Assembly (NCBI RefSeq): GCF_036971445.1
Contig: NC_091470.1
Location: 65,534,001 to 65,598,000, forward strand
DNA from: Narcine bancroftii
Lineage: Eukaryota
Reading direction: 5' to 3'
DNA: 64,000 nucleotides
The notes under the pieces were generated by a model. That model ran no database searches, was not told the DNA's origin, and saw only the letters and a list, made by a program, of their open reading frames with translations. The translations under genes and the position numbers were made by a program. Numbering within the stretch: position 1 is the first letter of the stretch; every line of letters begins with the position of its first letter. This document shows positions 12,338 to 25,400 of the stretch, one piece after another.

Positions 12338-13287
12338 AACATTTAGAATGTTGAAAGATGTGGACAGAATAGATGTAGAAAGGTTGTTTCCCATGGTGGG
12401 AGAGTCGAGGGCACAAGTTCAGGATTGAAGGATGTCCACTTAGAAAAGAAGGTGGTAAATCTGTGGAATTTGTTGCCACAGTGGGCTGTGGAGGCCAGGT
12501 CCTTGGGTTTATTTAAGATCAGTTCTTGATTCGCCAGGACATCAAAGGTTATGGGGAGAAGTAAGGTTGAGTGGGAAAATGGATCAACTCATGATTAAAT
12601 GGCAAGGCAAACTCAATGAGCTAAATAGCCAATTTATGCTCCCAGGTCTTATGGTCTGAAGTGGCAAGAAAGATTGTTTATTTAGTTATTTTTCACATGC
12701 CTTCCATGACAGCAATTTTTTTCCATGTCTCAATTTTTTGGCTATTAATTTCTGAATTTGGTATTCAATATTCATTTGACCTGAAGTTCTAGTTTGTATC
12801 CTAGATGCTTTCTGTTTATTCCACATAAGAAAAATAGATTCTTATGCACAGATTGAAAACATTCTTGGCAAATTTTGACTGCTAGCTTCAGCAATAAACT
12901 GTTATTTCACAGATTCTGTCAACGTGCCCCATGGTGCCAGAGAAGGCCAACCTGGTTAGTTCCACACTCAGCTGCTTGGAGGATTCAAAGGTCAGACTTC
13001 AAGAGTATTATTTGCCTTCAAAAAAATAAAACAATTGCAGCAGAATTTAAATCAAGCCAAGACATAGGCAGACAAATCTCCTGGATGCATAAATCACCAA
13101 TGTTGTAAGTTGGTTTGTCTCAAGTTATGTTCAAAATATAAAAGCAAAAGCTCTCAGTCGAAAGATTGTGTTTTAAGTACTTACCCATTCTCAATTATAG
13201 ACATAAGTACACAAGTAAATTTGGAGACCAATGACCTTTTAACCCATGGAAATGTCAGCAGCCATCTCCTGTTAAAATCTTCAAAGG

Positions 13288-14787
13288 AAATTCTTTATCT
13301 AAGAGTCCCCGAACCCAATCCACAGGTACCAATGTTCAAATTCTTTATCTAAGAGTCCCCGAACCCAATCCACAGGTACCAATGTTCAAATTCTTTATCT
13401 AAGAGTCCCCAAACCCAATCCACACGTACCAATGTTCAAATTCTTTATCTAAGAGTCCCCGAACCCAATCCATAGGTACCAATGTTCAAATTCTTTATCT
13501 AAGAGTCCCTGAACCCAATCCACAGGTACCAATGTTCAAATTCTTTATCTAAGAGTCCCCGAACCCAATCCATAGGTACCAATGTTCAAATTCTTTATCT
13601 AAGAGTTCCCGAACTCAATCCACACGTACCAATGTTCAAATTCTTTATCTAAGAGTTCCCGAACCCAATCCATAGGTACCAATGTTCAAATTCTTTATCT
13701 AAGAGTTCCCGAACCCAATCCATAGGTACCAATGTTCAAATTCTTTATCTAAGAGTCCCTGAACCCAATCCACAGGTACCAATGTTCAAATTCTTTATCT
13801 AAGAGTCCCCGAACCCAATCCATAGGTACCAATGTTCAAATTCTTTATCTAAGAGTTCCCGAACTCAATCCACACGTACCAATGTTCAAATTCTTTATCT
13901 AAGAGTTCCCGAACCCAATCCATAGGTACCAATGTTCAAATTCTTTATCTAAGAGTTCCCGAACTCAATCCACAGGTACCAATGTTCAAATTCTTTATCT
14001 AAGAGTTCCCGAACTCAATCCACACGTACCAATGTTCAAATTCTTTATCTAAGAGTTCCCGAACCCAATCCATAGGTACCAATGTTCAAATTCTTTATCT
14101 AAGAGTTCCCGAACTCAATCCATAGGTACCAATGTTCAAATTCTTTATCTAAGAGTTCCCGAACTCAATCCATAGGTACCAATGTTCAAATTCTTTATCT
14201 AAGAGTTCCCGAACTCAATCCACACGTACCAATGTTCAAATTCTTTATCTAAGAGTTCCCGAACCCAATCCATAGGTACCAATGTTCAAATTCTTTATCT
14301 AAGAGTTCCCGAACTCAATCCACACGTACCAATGTTCAAATTCTTTATCTAAGAGTTCCCGAACCCAATCCATAGGTACCAATGTTCAAATTCTTTATCT
14401 AAGAGTTCCCGAACTCAATCCACACGTACCAATGTTCAAATTCTTTATCTAAGAGTTCCCGAACCCAATCCATAGGTACCAATGTTCAAATTCTTTATCT
14501 AAGAGTCCCCGAACCCAATCCATAGGTACCAATGTTCAAATTCTTTATCTAAGAGTTCCCGAACCCAATCCATAGGTACCAATGTTCAAATTCTTTATCT
14601 AAGAGATCCCGAACCCAATCCACAGGTACCAATGTTCAAATTCTTTATCTAAGAGTCCCCAAACCCAATCCACACGTACCAATGTTCAAATTCTTTATCT
14701 AAGAGTCCCCAAACCCAATCCACACGTACCAATGTTCAAATTCTTTATCTAAGAGTCCCCAAACCCAATCCACACGTACCAATGTTC
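13288..14787. repeat. Minisatellite, 30 copies of a 50-bp unit
   Basis: Unit AAATTCTTTATCTAAGAGTYCCYRAACYCAATCCAYASGTACCAATGTTC, exact 50-bp period, no spacers. Confidence 0.98.
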
Positions 14788-15589
14788 TGAAGATTATATA
14801 TTTCTGCTGAAAATACTTGAATGTTAAAAATAATCATTTACTGATGCATATTTCCCTTTATTCTAAAGTTAATAGTTTACACTGACCTTGGGACACTTCA
14901 CATCCATTACTCGGATATAAAAATATACCCAATTGCTATTCATTTACAGTCACAATTTGTCATAAGAAATTAATTATTTATGTAGTTTCTCAACTTTGAT
15001 TTGTACCCATTGAAATATTTCACTCCAGACCCTCCCAAAATCTGCTGTTTCATTTGATAACTTTGGATCACTTTGAAACTATATGCCTTTTATTTTCAAT
15101 TAAATAGACAGCTTTTTCACTACTGCAATTTGTCAGATCTGTATTGCATCTGGAAGATTTATGGGATGCCAAGGGCTCAAAAATCAGAATTGTGAGAGGT
15201 TTGGAAGAAGATTGATTTTGGCTCCTATTTTAACAGATATACATGGAAGGGTGCAGGCTTCAATATTTCAGTAGGTACAACTCAAAGTTGAGGAACTGCA
15301 TAAATAATTAGGTATTAGAATTCAATGTGTGTAGATGTCCAATGAGATTGGACAATTGAGTTTTCCCATTGCAAATGAAAACCTCACTGAAGCTCACACC
15401 ATGTATCTGGTTCTTACTGAACCAATGCTTTATTCAATGCTTTATTGAGAGGAAAGAATATAAAAATTTCAAAAAACATATAGAATAAAAACAGCATTTA
15501 GGCTGTATTCCCTACAGTTTACAATCAGATATCTCTTTGAGACTGATAAAATACAGCTGAAAACTGGTGGTCAATAGTGTAATTTTTAC

Positions 15590-15885
15590 CAAGCCAGGTG
15601 ACGGCAACAAAATATTTAACTGCATATTTGTTGCTTGCCTTCCTCTGTTCATTTATTTTTCTATTCAGGAATCCAGAGGCATCAGTGTATTGCTATGGAA
15701 ATCTGATTGAAACCAGCACTTTCAATTCCCCTGCAAATGGTAAACAGCTTTTGCCTCAGGGGAATTTCCACAGAGTTGGAAGCAGCTTCCAATAACAGAC
15801 TTGAATGTGCTTCGCAATTCTCTGTACACAATTTACTCGCTGCATGTTAAATGGTTCATCAGTCAGTGAATCCAGGTTTTAAGTC
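15590..15885 (-). pseudogene. Exon relic, CPLANE1-like
   Basis: SSLLLEAASNSVEIPLRQKLFTICRGI vs recalled AEIFVKAFPYPEDVRVPLRDKYHSLHQRL. Borders approximate. Confidence 0.5.
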
Positions 15886-17479
15886 CTGCATATCACATTA
15901 CACTTCAGTTATGAAAAACAATTTGTTGATATATGCTGTATATTTAGGCAGCAAACAGATTGCCAGGCTGAAGCCATCAGCTCTGCAACACTCACACACA
16001 CTCCATCTGCAAAACTAAATTTAGATGGTGACAATATACCAAATCAGACAATATGCTGCTACATGCCTCAGTGTATCCACAAAATCCAAAAAAAAACATT
16101 AAAATAGATTTCAAGAAAGAAAAATGAATTATTCAGAACTCACTAGAAATATTGGATTCTTTGAGAACTGAATTTGATTCTGTTTTGACAGTCATTTTTT
16201 TGCACCTTAAAAAAAAATCAAAGAATTAAAATATTACTTGGCAGGGAAGGACACAGCATATTCCCCCCCATTGTCATAAAAACCAAAGGAAAAAAAAGCT
16301 TCTATCAAAGAATAAATAGGAGCCAAAAATATTTTCAAATCGATAAGGAGCAAAACAAAACTTCATAAAATTATGGACAAAATAAATTATTTTGTAAAGT
16401 ACTCAAATATTATAATAATAAGCATTTATATGTAAATAAGAATGTGTGACCAAAACTAGAAAAATGCAAGAGAACATTTCTCTTTAATAAGTATTGTGAA
16501 GCAAACCACTGTAGTTGGAACTGCAGTGACCACTTCACTCACTATAAGTCACCCAACTCAAAATTTACAGCAAAAACCACAAGCTACAATACTGCAAAAT
16601 GGATTCCTTCAGACATTAGTTCATACCAAAGTGGATTCAGGTTTTTCTCTCTCTATAAACATGAATAATATAAAAAACAAAACTGATTTATTTCTCCTTC
16701 GGCAGAATTTGAATTTCAACAAGTAAATGAAAATAAATGCTCATTTTGGGGACCAGAGTGAGGTTTAATCTCATTAAAATCAGTTTCAATATTATAAGCA
16801 TTCGCAAAAAAATGTGGAACACGAACACACTGCTGTTTAACTATTTGATTTGATTTGTCATGCTCAGCAGACAACTCAGCAAATGACTCAGTAAATGAGT
16901 CCCGTGAATGTCTAAGGTGTACAACAACTGTAAATATTGTAAAATGTCCTTTTCATGCTAGCCTATTTTGACATCAACACATTAAAAATTGAGACATTTG
17001 TACAAATGTCAAAAGGTTTAATCAAAGGTAGACTTCAAGGAACACCTTAAAGAGTCAGAGAGCTGTAAAGTAATTGAGTGAGAAAATTCCGGAGCTTGGG
17101 ACTGAAGCAATTTAAAATTTGACTGGAGGGAAAAAATCTTGATAGATTCTGCTTCCTAGTTCATTATGCAGTCATTTGAGATTTAGCACATGGGTGGACA
17201 GAGAAGGGAGGAAGTGAAGCATTTTAGTGAATGAAGAAACACACTTTGTTGATTTTTTTTAACTTATTGACATTTTAAATGCCATTCAGTAAGTTCCCAC
17301 TGATGAAGTCATATTCAGCTCCTGCACTGTAAAGAAACAAAACAATCTTGGTTTTATTTAAATCTGGAAATTACAAAAAAAAAATCAATAACTGTTTCCC
17401 TGGCAGATATATTTTTGTTGTTTTTTTTACCAGGTATGTGGAATTGCATGCTTTCAGTTTTTAGATACATTTTAAATTT

Positions 17480-17706
17480 AGACATACACCTACAGCACAG
17501 CAACAGGCAATTCTGGTGCACGAGCCTGTACTCCCCAAATACCAAATTACCAATAACACCTGTATGTTTTTGAAGGGTTGGAGGAAACCAGAACACCTGG
17601 AGTAAATGAATACAGACATGGAGAGAACATAAAAACTCCTTACGGACAGTGCCGGATTTGAATGAATTGCTGCCACTAAAATAGCATTGCTATGCTAACT
17701 GTGCCA
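17480..17706 (-). mobile_element. tRNA-derived V-SINE (HE1-like)
   Basis: V-domain-like core ggagttt..gttctctccatgtctg..ggtttcctcc on the minus strand. Confidence 0.7.
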
Positions 17707-17972
17707 TCCTATTCTGACTGTTCTTGATTACTTATGATCACTTTCTGTGTTATTTGCCCCTTTCATGACCTGAACTTGCCATTTTAAAATTTCTGCAAGG
17801 GGGGTCAAATGTTTCATTCATAACAGACAGCCCAAATTCTACCAGCAAATCACTGAGAAAGTAAAAATGTCACCTCTGGCTTTCTAAATAACAACAGTAC
17901 AAGTATTTCCCACATTCAATGCTAGCAGGTTTGCAAAAAAAAAACCTGTCCACCAAGTTTTTTGGGGTAGTA

Positions 17973-18121
17973 CAGCTATTCCCTGACATACGTCCGAGTT
18001 CCCTTCTGACCGACTGGTCATATCTCGAAATGCACACATCAGAAGTATATTAGCATGGCATGTAGCAGTCGTAAATACGGATGATCATAATTTGCATAGG
18101 TCATTAGTCAGGGAGAGGCTA
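17973..18121. mobile_element. Tc1/mariner (Tigger-like) MITE, decayed
   Basis: TA|cagctattccctgac ... gtcagggagaggcta|TA imperfect TIRs. Confidence 0.5.
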
Positions 18122-18366
18122 TATTAGAATCATAAAATTGATATAGCACAGAAGGAGATTATTCAGGCTACTGAGCATATGCAAGTTCCTTGCTCAAATG
18201 TGGAAAAATGTCCAGGTGTGGCCTGACAGCAAAAAAGGACAAATCTAATCCAGCAAATAATTTTCTCATCAATCTACACCAAGTCATCTGCAAAGTCAAG
18301 GAATATAACGTTAACAGTGCTAGAAAGTCATACTAACTCTGACAAATCTATTCAACCAATATCAAG

Positions 18367-18560
18367 AGGGACAGCATGGTTGGGACGACGCTCTTAGGTT
18401 CAAATCCTGAATGTAACGAGTTTGTACGCTCTCCCTGTGACCTATGTGGATTTTCCCTAGGTGTCCCAGTTTCCTCCCACCTTCCAAAATGTACAGGGTT
18501 TTAGATTAATCGAGTGCAAATGGGGACATGAGTTTCAACAGCTGTTATTAGCTTCGACAG
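18367..18560 (+). mobile_element. V-SINE
   Basis: ggttcaaatcc B-box followed by gagtttgtacgctctccctgtg..gtttcctcccac. Confidence 0.7.
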
Positions 18561-18769
18561 AATTGTAAATTAATTTTAAAAATCATGATTGGGTTTCACC
18601 AGGATCATTTGGCTGTATCACAGCCTTATTCAAAACACAGATCAAAGAGATGCTTTGAAAGATGAATGAAAGCTCTTGAAGTCAAGATATTGTTAGACGT
18701 GGTGTGGCATCAAGGAGCCTGATAAACTGATATAAATGGGCAAAAGGAAAAGCACATTAATAGTTGGAG

Positions 18770-19075
18770 TCTTATACAGAATACCACAGCACAAAAACAG
18801 GCCCTTCGCACATTGAATTACAGTTGAACTATTTATTCTGCCTAATCCTATCATCCTCTGCTCAGAACATAACTCTCCCATCCATATAACTGTCCAATCT
18901 TCTCTTAAATTTCAATATCAAATCTGCATCCACCACCTCCACATTCTCATCATACTCTGAGTGAAGAACTTCCCCCTAATGTTCCCCTTAAACATTTCAC
19001 CTTTCTCCATTAACCCACGTCCAATAGTTCTTGTCTCACCCAAACCAAGTGGAAAAAGCCTGCTTGCATTTTCTC
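18770..19075 (-). mobile_element. CR1 3' fragment
   Basis: cagcacaaaaacaggcccttc..gtgaagaacttccccctaatgttccc, similar to 11447-11760. Confidence 0.65.
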
Positions 19076-19996
19076 CTTTGATAAATACCTTACATTTCTC
19101 TATAATAAGTTTGGTCTGGTACTTATTTTCTCATTCTTGGACCTCAGTTATCATATTTCTCTTCTTTATTGATTAACATCCCTGTTTTGAGCCATGTGCA
19201 AAATGTTGAAAATTGACTCTGTATCTCACTAATGTAAAATGCAGTGGTCACAATACTGACCGAGGGGAATGCCATTGTTCACCATTCCATAGTCTGTTTT
19301 TTATCATCCCATTTCTTTTCCAAGGTATAGGAAACATTTGCACTCCATCAACCATTAATTTATTTACGTAGCTGATATAGCAAGATAGAAAGGAAATTCC
19401 AGATGTTGGAATCTGGAGCAAAAAAACTAGCAGGTTGAGCAACATCAATGGGGGAGGGGAGGGAAGAGACACAATATGCCAAAGTAAAGCCCGGACTAAA
19501 AATTACTTTGAGTGATGATGCTCATATTTAATTTATTATAAGATGTAGGAATAACAATTAAGCTCTGATAATATTTGTTTGTGCAAGGTGACTGGTCACA
19601 TCTGATAGGCCACTGTATAGCAGCAGAAAATTAAAAACTGACCCAAAATGCTGAGAGACAGAAATGGACAGTTCTGTTACAGACAGAACGAAAGAGCAAA
19701 TTAACTAAAGTTGAGAATTTGATAGAGCCTCGAAGCCTGAAAATGCCCAGATATTATTTCTCAAGCTCTAGTGCAGAAGACTGCAAACAGACAGCTCAGA
19801 GTCACTCCTGAGAACTGAATTCATGTGATTTCCAAAGTAATCACCCATTCATTGCATTCTCTGCATTTGCTTCTCAAAAGTAAATAAGATCCCATTGTGG
19901 ACACTGCCTGCAGTGAACTGGATTGGAAGAAGTGCAAGGGAACTGTAGCTTCACATGCAAAGACTGGGTGGGTTCCAAGAGAAGGTGAAGGGAAAT

Positions 19997-21066
19997 TCAA
20001 GTTCAAATTTATTGTCAGAGTACAAACATGACATCACATACAACCTGAGATTAGTTTTCCTATACGCCATAGAGAATTTCTATTTATCGGTAGCGAAAAC
20101 AGTAGTAAACAAATTGACTGCATGCAGAAAAAAAGTAAATATTCAGTAATAAATAATGTGCAAAATAAGAGTCCTTAACCGAATCTGGAATTGAGTTTGT
20201 TGTTTAGGAGTCTGGTGGTGGAGGGGTAGCTGTTGCTGAACTTGATGGTACGAATCTTGTGGCACCTGTAAAAACATGCGACGTGGCCGGAGCTACTGTA
20301 ACAGCAGCGTTTCGACAGGTGCAAACCCGTGAAGAGCAGGGAGTGGAGAGACAGTGATCCCGTGGTGTCCATCTGTCCAATACAAATGCTGTTAGCTCCA
20401 CTTAGGATTTAAAAAGCCTGTTAAAGGAGTCAAAAGTGGTTTTATTTAAAAATTCTTCAACCACAGGGTCTTTGCCCAAGATGGCAATGCCTATGATCTG
20501 TAGCACCATCGAGTGGTTGCAGACTCCAAAGAAGTAGAGGACTGATGCAGTTCACCAGAAAATGAGGAGAACACCTCCCTTTTGAGAAGGAGAAGCTAAG
20601 GCGACGACCCATGGGACAATGACTATGACCGCAGACCAGTGAGGGGTTCTGTAGGTCAAGAAACAAACAGGTAGCACAGGCGACTCGAAGCAAATCCACG
20701 CGGGCTGTGGGAGACTGAAGTTGAGGGATTCACACCACACTGAGGACTGCTGGAGACTGGCTGAATATTTATCAGGTATTGAAACTGGGATACGAGACCG
20801 CTGAAGGGTTCCTGATCGTGTTAGAGGTTTGGATCTGGAGCTCAGGGCTGATGGTTTGAGCTGGACTCTGTGTGGCTGCGAAATCACTGGAAACGAATCC
20901 ACGGACACAGAATGACTCTGAGGGGACTCTCTTTTGCTTCTCTTTCTCTGACTGTGAGGCACTTGAGGCAATTTCTGCTGATGGAAAATCTGTCTGCCTT
21001 ACATCAGTGCAGTATTACACAGAATTTGTCTTTGCTTATCTTTATTACATGACAATAAATTCAATC
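19997..21066. mobile_element. Composite non-autonomous element with Rex1/Babar-type tails on both ends
   Basis: Left part ends on the minus strand in a Rex-type 3' end. Right part starts CAAGATGGC and ends GACAATAAA on the plus strand. The junction recurs at 43890-44435 and the right unit at 59497-60442. Confidence 0.6.
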
Positions 21067-21067
21067 T

Positions 21068-21420
21068 AGAATGTTTCCTGATGCCAGTAGCGAGAACAGA
21101 ACATACGTATGAATCCTTGATGATTGCTGCTGGTCTCCGACAGCAGCATTCCACATATATTTTCTCAATGGTGGGAGAGTTTTGCCTGTGATATCCTTGG
21201 CTGTGACCACTACCTTTTGCAAGGCTGTCCGCTCAGAAGTAATGGCACCCCCATACGAGGCCATAATGCAGCCATTCAGCACACTTTTCGCTGTAGACGT
21301 TTACCAAGCATTCCCATATTATACCGAACCTCTGCAAACTCCTGAGGATGTAGAGGTTTTTTTCACGATGCCTCTACATTGTGTTTTCTTCATGATGACA
21401 TTACTATGTTGGCACCAGGA
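21068..21420 (-). mobile_element. Rex1/Babar LINE 3' ORF fragment
   Basis: LNGCI..YG..SER.ALQKVV.TAKDITG..LP. Confidence 0.75.
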
Positions 21421-21636
21421 AGAGGTAAAATAACAGGTGCTCCATTTTTTTGCAATTCCATGAGAAAAATATGATGAGACAAGAATGGAAGGTGGGAACA
21501 GGGGAGCAGGAGATCCCTTTGAAATGTTGACAGGGGAAAGAAGGGAAATACGTGAAATGCAGTACCAAAGTGATCAATGATCTGCTCATTAAATTAATTC
21601 CAGTAATCAGACCGTAATAATCACATTGTTGATTAC

Positions 21637-21921
21637 CCTCAGCTGATGCCTTGAGCTAACATGCAGTGTGTGAGCTGCAGCTACAAAAGTGCAGGTGCTG
21701 ACAGCCATGCAGAAATTAAATCAGACTGCAAAAAAAGACTGTCAACCCTCTGGTTTTCAGACACTGCAGTGGAGACCTTTGTGAAGAAATTGGAAAGACA
21801 GATGTCCTACTTCTGTAGGATGTCAACAGATCTTCCCAAAACACATGCAGAAGCCAATGGTATATATAGCTGTGAAAGTCAATGCCAGAATTTATGACCA
21901 CGTGTCTGCCACACATATGAT
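21637..21921 (-). pseudogene. Exon-like relic, CPLANE1-like
   Basis: AG..GTaatc borders. One frame reads ..PLASACVLGRSVDILQK*DICLSNFF.. with several stops. Confidence 0.35.
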
Positions 21922-22181
21922 CTTAAATTATCATTCAATTAAAGGGCAATTAAGGATAGCCACTAGATGCTGATCTTGGCCTGAAATGTTTATATGAACA
22001 ATATACAAACATGACATTTTGTTTTAGAATTCAGTGGCCTCTGCCACTCATTTACTAATAATCTCCAACCATTAAGTCCATTTGCTTCAATCATTCCTGC
22101 AGAATTCGCACTGATGCAAGGACACTTATCAGTAGGTCCACTAGTGCAAGTAACTAATCCACCATTAGCACAATACTAACC

Positions 22182-22300
22182 AGGCCTTTTCACACTGCTG
22201 AGTAAAATGGGAATTCCCAGGAAATTTTCCCAAAAACCCTCCTGTGAAACGGCGGTGTGAAAATGTTGGCCCAGTGATTGGTCTTAACTAAATTGTTAAT

Positions 22301-22380
<80 letters not shown>

Positions 22381-22627
22381 CATAAATATAAACACAGTCA
22401 TAAATATACACTTACACAGTCTTCCAACTTCCAGTAGGACTTCCTGTGAGTGCTTGATGCATCACTCACTACTTCATCAATGGGGGCTGCCCCCCCAATA
22501 ATTGCCGAAAAAGGCAAATTACAGGGAATTTGGATTGCGGTGTGAAAGGCCCAAGTGGTCCTGCCTTCCCGGAAATTTCACCTGAGTCCAAGTAGGGTCA
22601 ATGCTCGGCCGTGGTGTGAAAAGGCCT
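22182..22627. mobile_element. PIF/Harbinger-like MITE
   Basis: 14-bp TIR AGGCCTTTTCACAC, 3-bp flanks ACC/ACT, internal GGTGTGAAA repeats, contains (TG)n. Confidence 0.8.
22304..22377. repeat. (TG)n microsatellite
   Basis: Uninterrupted TG run of ~74 bp. Confidence 0.98.
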
Positions 22628-22924
22628 ACTAATATAATTCCCTCTCATTGTGGCACCTAAAGCAGCACAACCTAACTGAAGCAAAACAGATGCATCTGCG
22701 TGGCTTGACCCTAGGAAAGAAATGGTAATGAGGATAATTCTTTGGCCATTGCTGAACACCATGGTGATCAATGATGCCAAAATAATTAAGATAATTATTT
22801 CTTCATGCTTAACTCAAACCTAATATCCAAATTCAAGTTACAGCTGGTGAAAGAATGCATTTCTCCTCCCCCACCCCTCTATTCACCTTAGGCTTGTTCC
22901 CTCCCCCTCCCCCCCCTCCCCAAC

Positions 22925-23152
22925 ATACAGCACAGTAACAGGCCATTTCAGCATGTGAGTCCATGCTACCCAATTTTCACGCAATTAACCTACAACCTCC
23001 AGTATGCTTCAAACAGTGGGAAGAAACTGGACCCCCCCAGGCAAAATCCACACAGACACGGGGAGAACATACAAGGTCCTTAGACAGTGCAGGATTTGAA
23101 CCCGGTCCTATCACTGGTACTGGAAAGGGGTTGCACTAACCGCTACGCCAAT
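22925..23152 (-). mobile_element. V-SINE
   Basis: Reverse-complement V-domain core and tRNA-like head. Confidence 0.7.
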
Positions 23153-23589
23153 GCAACTTGGGAGGCATTGATAACAAATTGTAAGGCAGAAGACACATCA
23201 ACAGTGAATTTTACATTAGTAACCACAAATCATATATTAATATTGTATACAATTTTGAGGACTGAGCAAACATGGGTTCTTTAGATAGCAGGATGGTGGA
23301 GAGCAAATACATAGGCAAATTCAGGTATGATGGACTTTGATGGAGCATGATGGAAAATACAGCTGATGATGAAACAATTAAGTGTTTGTTCAATGGGAAG
23401 CATGCCTGAAATCTGAGTCTTCCAACCCAAACATGGCACAGGGTTTTGCATAAAACTTAAGGCCCACCATTTGCAGTGTGGCCAACATTATTTTCAAACC
23501 TGTTCCCCCACACTTTTGTTGTACCCACTTGCAGGCTTTCCTACACAGAGATAGCAGCCAATCAATAGCTGAGTGCTGAAGAAAGTCAG

Positions 23590-24110
23590 TTCCAATAAAA
23601 TAACATCTTTCTTTAATATGGGAACAAAAAATGTTCAGAGTATTCCAGATCTGATCTCACTACTGTCTTGTACAATTGCTGTAAGACAATTCTATTTTTA
23701 TATTGCAACACTGTTGAAATTCCATTTGTTTTCCCTGTTAAATGTCATTTTTGTGTGCAAGCTTCCTGTGTTTCACACACAAGGATCTATGTATTCCTTT
23801 GTGCTGCAGCTTTCTTTCTCCATTTAAATAATACTAATCTTTTATTCTTCTTTCCAAATTAACAACTTCATATTTTCCCCTGTTATACTCCATTTGCCAA
23901 CCATTGATCTACCCACCTATAATTATCTCTCTGTAAAATGTTTGTATCCTCTAAACTTGCCTCTTAGTCTATTTTTGTGTAGTCTGCAAATCTATAAACC
24001 AAACTTAGTTCTTTGCTCCATGTTATTTATGTTGCAAACAGTTGTGGGGTCCGAGCACTGGTCCCTGTGATATTCCACTGGCTTGACTGCCATCCTGTTA
24101 GCCAATCCAT
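23590..24110 (-). mobile_element. Decayed CR1 RT fragment
   Basis: Antisense traces of FADY, GSVLGPQL and LEYS..F. Confidence 0.5.
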
Positions 24111-24176
24111 GCCAAAACATTAGCCTCATTCCCACATGGAAAGCAGGCACAAAGGAAATACACAAGAGTAATTACC

Positions 24177-25400
24177 TTACTTTTGCATGTACCATATAAT
24201 ACCGTACACTGGGTTTGAAATGCTTGCATTGGTTTGATTTTTGCATTGTGAACAAATAAATCCTGTTACTTTCAATAACAGTAAGATGAATGAGGGTTGG
24301 TGAAGAGAGGGTTAGGCTGCAAACATTGCTATCACATTTCAATGCAGCTTTGGCGTAAATTTATTTTTCATCCCAAACCTCCTCCAGCATTTGACATCAT
24401 CATGTTCCTATTCCTTAGTTGTTTGCCATGCAACTTGTAGGAAATCCTGTTCCCTCAAGAGGACAAAGGCTCTTGAATTTTGATGGCTACTCTGCAAATA
24501 CTGTCGGATTTTTTTGTTGCAGTTCAGGCAAATGAGGCATTGCAGCTGTAGACCAAAAGCCTGTTCCACTACATTTCATCTTGTGGCATAGTTGCCATTT
24601 CTGTGCAGCTGCGTAACAGAATGAACCGCCATTTTGTTAACAGCTATCAGTGCTGCATTCCCATCATCTTGTTGGCACAGCTCAAAATCACACAATGATG
24701 ACATCATAATTATTGCCAGACATTGCCTTGCAGGATTTTCTTTATTACCTGTGGTCAGGCTCCAGCGAGACATGAAGGGAGGAGAGCCAGTTTGGTTCTG
24801 GTACAGAGCAAAATACAGAAGATTGGAGGTGCCTATGGGCGACTTGCATGAGTCACTGGCACCTGATACAACTTTGGTTTCCATCCTTAACAGAGGAAAT
24901 TCACCCTTTGGCCTGCTGCCTCTGACAAGAGAGAATGAAGCTTAAATAGCTATTTAAAAAAGAAAATCCATGACAATGTACAATAGCAAATCACAACTTT
25001 CAAGATGTTGGAATTATTCCCAAATCTAGACAAGGAAGCTGCTAGACATAAAACAATTATTGTCTCAGTCTCCTTCGAAGCCATTTGCAACACATCCTTC
25101 TAAGCTTCCAAGCTGAGAGCAAGACCTTTGTTTCCTAAATTGACTGGGAATACTTATATGGCTTCCAGTTGATAGTCTTCCCTTTCTCTTTGAGCAGCTT
25201 GTTTTGCTCTGTTTTCCTCTGCTCATTCACTCAGTCACTCTGCATTCCAAATGGAATGTCAATTGATGCACCCACCTCTTCAAGCAGCTGGTTTGACTAA
25301 ATGTCTTGGTGCCAGCACGGAATCCTTCAGCATCTGCCTCACCATTACTTGCAGCCTTTTGCAATTCGAAACAACTATGCTTCACAGCAAGTGTTACTTA
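24177..25400 (-). pseudogene. Cluster of exon relics, CPLANE1-like
   Basis: MVRQMLKDSVLA (vs SVQEVLKASVMA), KLYQVP..APPIFC (vs GLVP..APPLYC), QCLAIIMMSSLCDF (vs RVLLLFRAAQCSF). Acceptor ctcttgtcAG at ~24922. Confidence 0.5.

Larger units (their letters stand above)
8445..12657 (+). mobile_element. Old CR1 LINE (ORF1 end plus decayed ORF2) hosting two nested CR1 insertions
   Basis: LKVLYLN..SIRNKVD endonuclease start ~8685, KSPGPDG, YRPVSL, AFDKV, GVPQGSVLG, ADD, 3' tail ggtcttatggtct. Many stops. Confidence 0.88.

Noticed and set aside
13288-14787. CRISPR-like array
   Set aside because: No unique spacers (the variable part differs only by SNPs), no cas genes, and vertebrate context.
22190-22501. 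HT/CV-repeat ORFs
   Set aside because: Translations of the (TG)n microsatellite.
24576-24945. GREB1-like or other intact gene exon
   Set aside because: Only a superficial GEFP resemblance; the surrounding segments fit CPLANE1 order better and contain stops.
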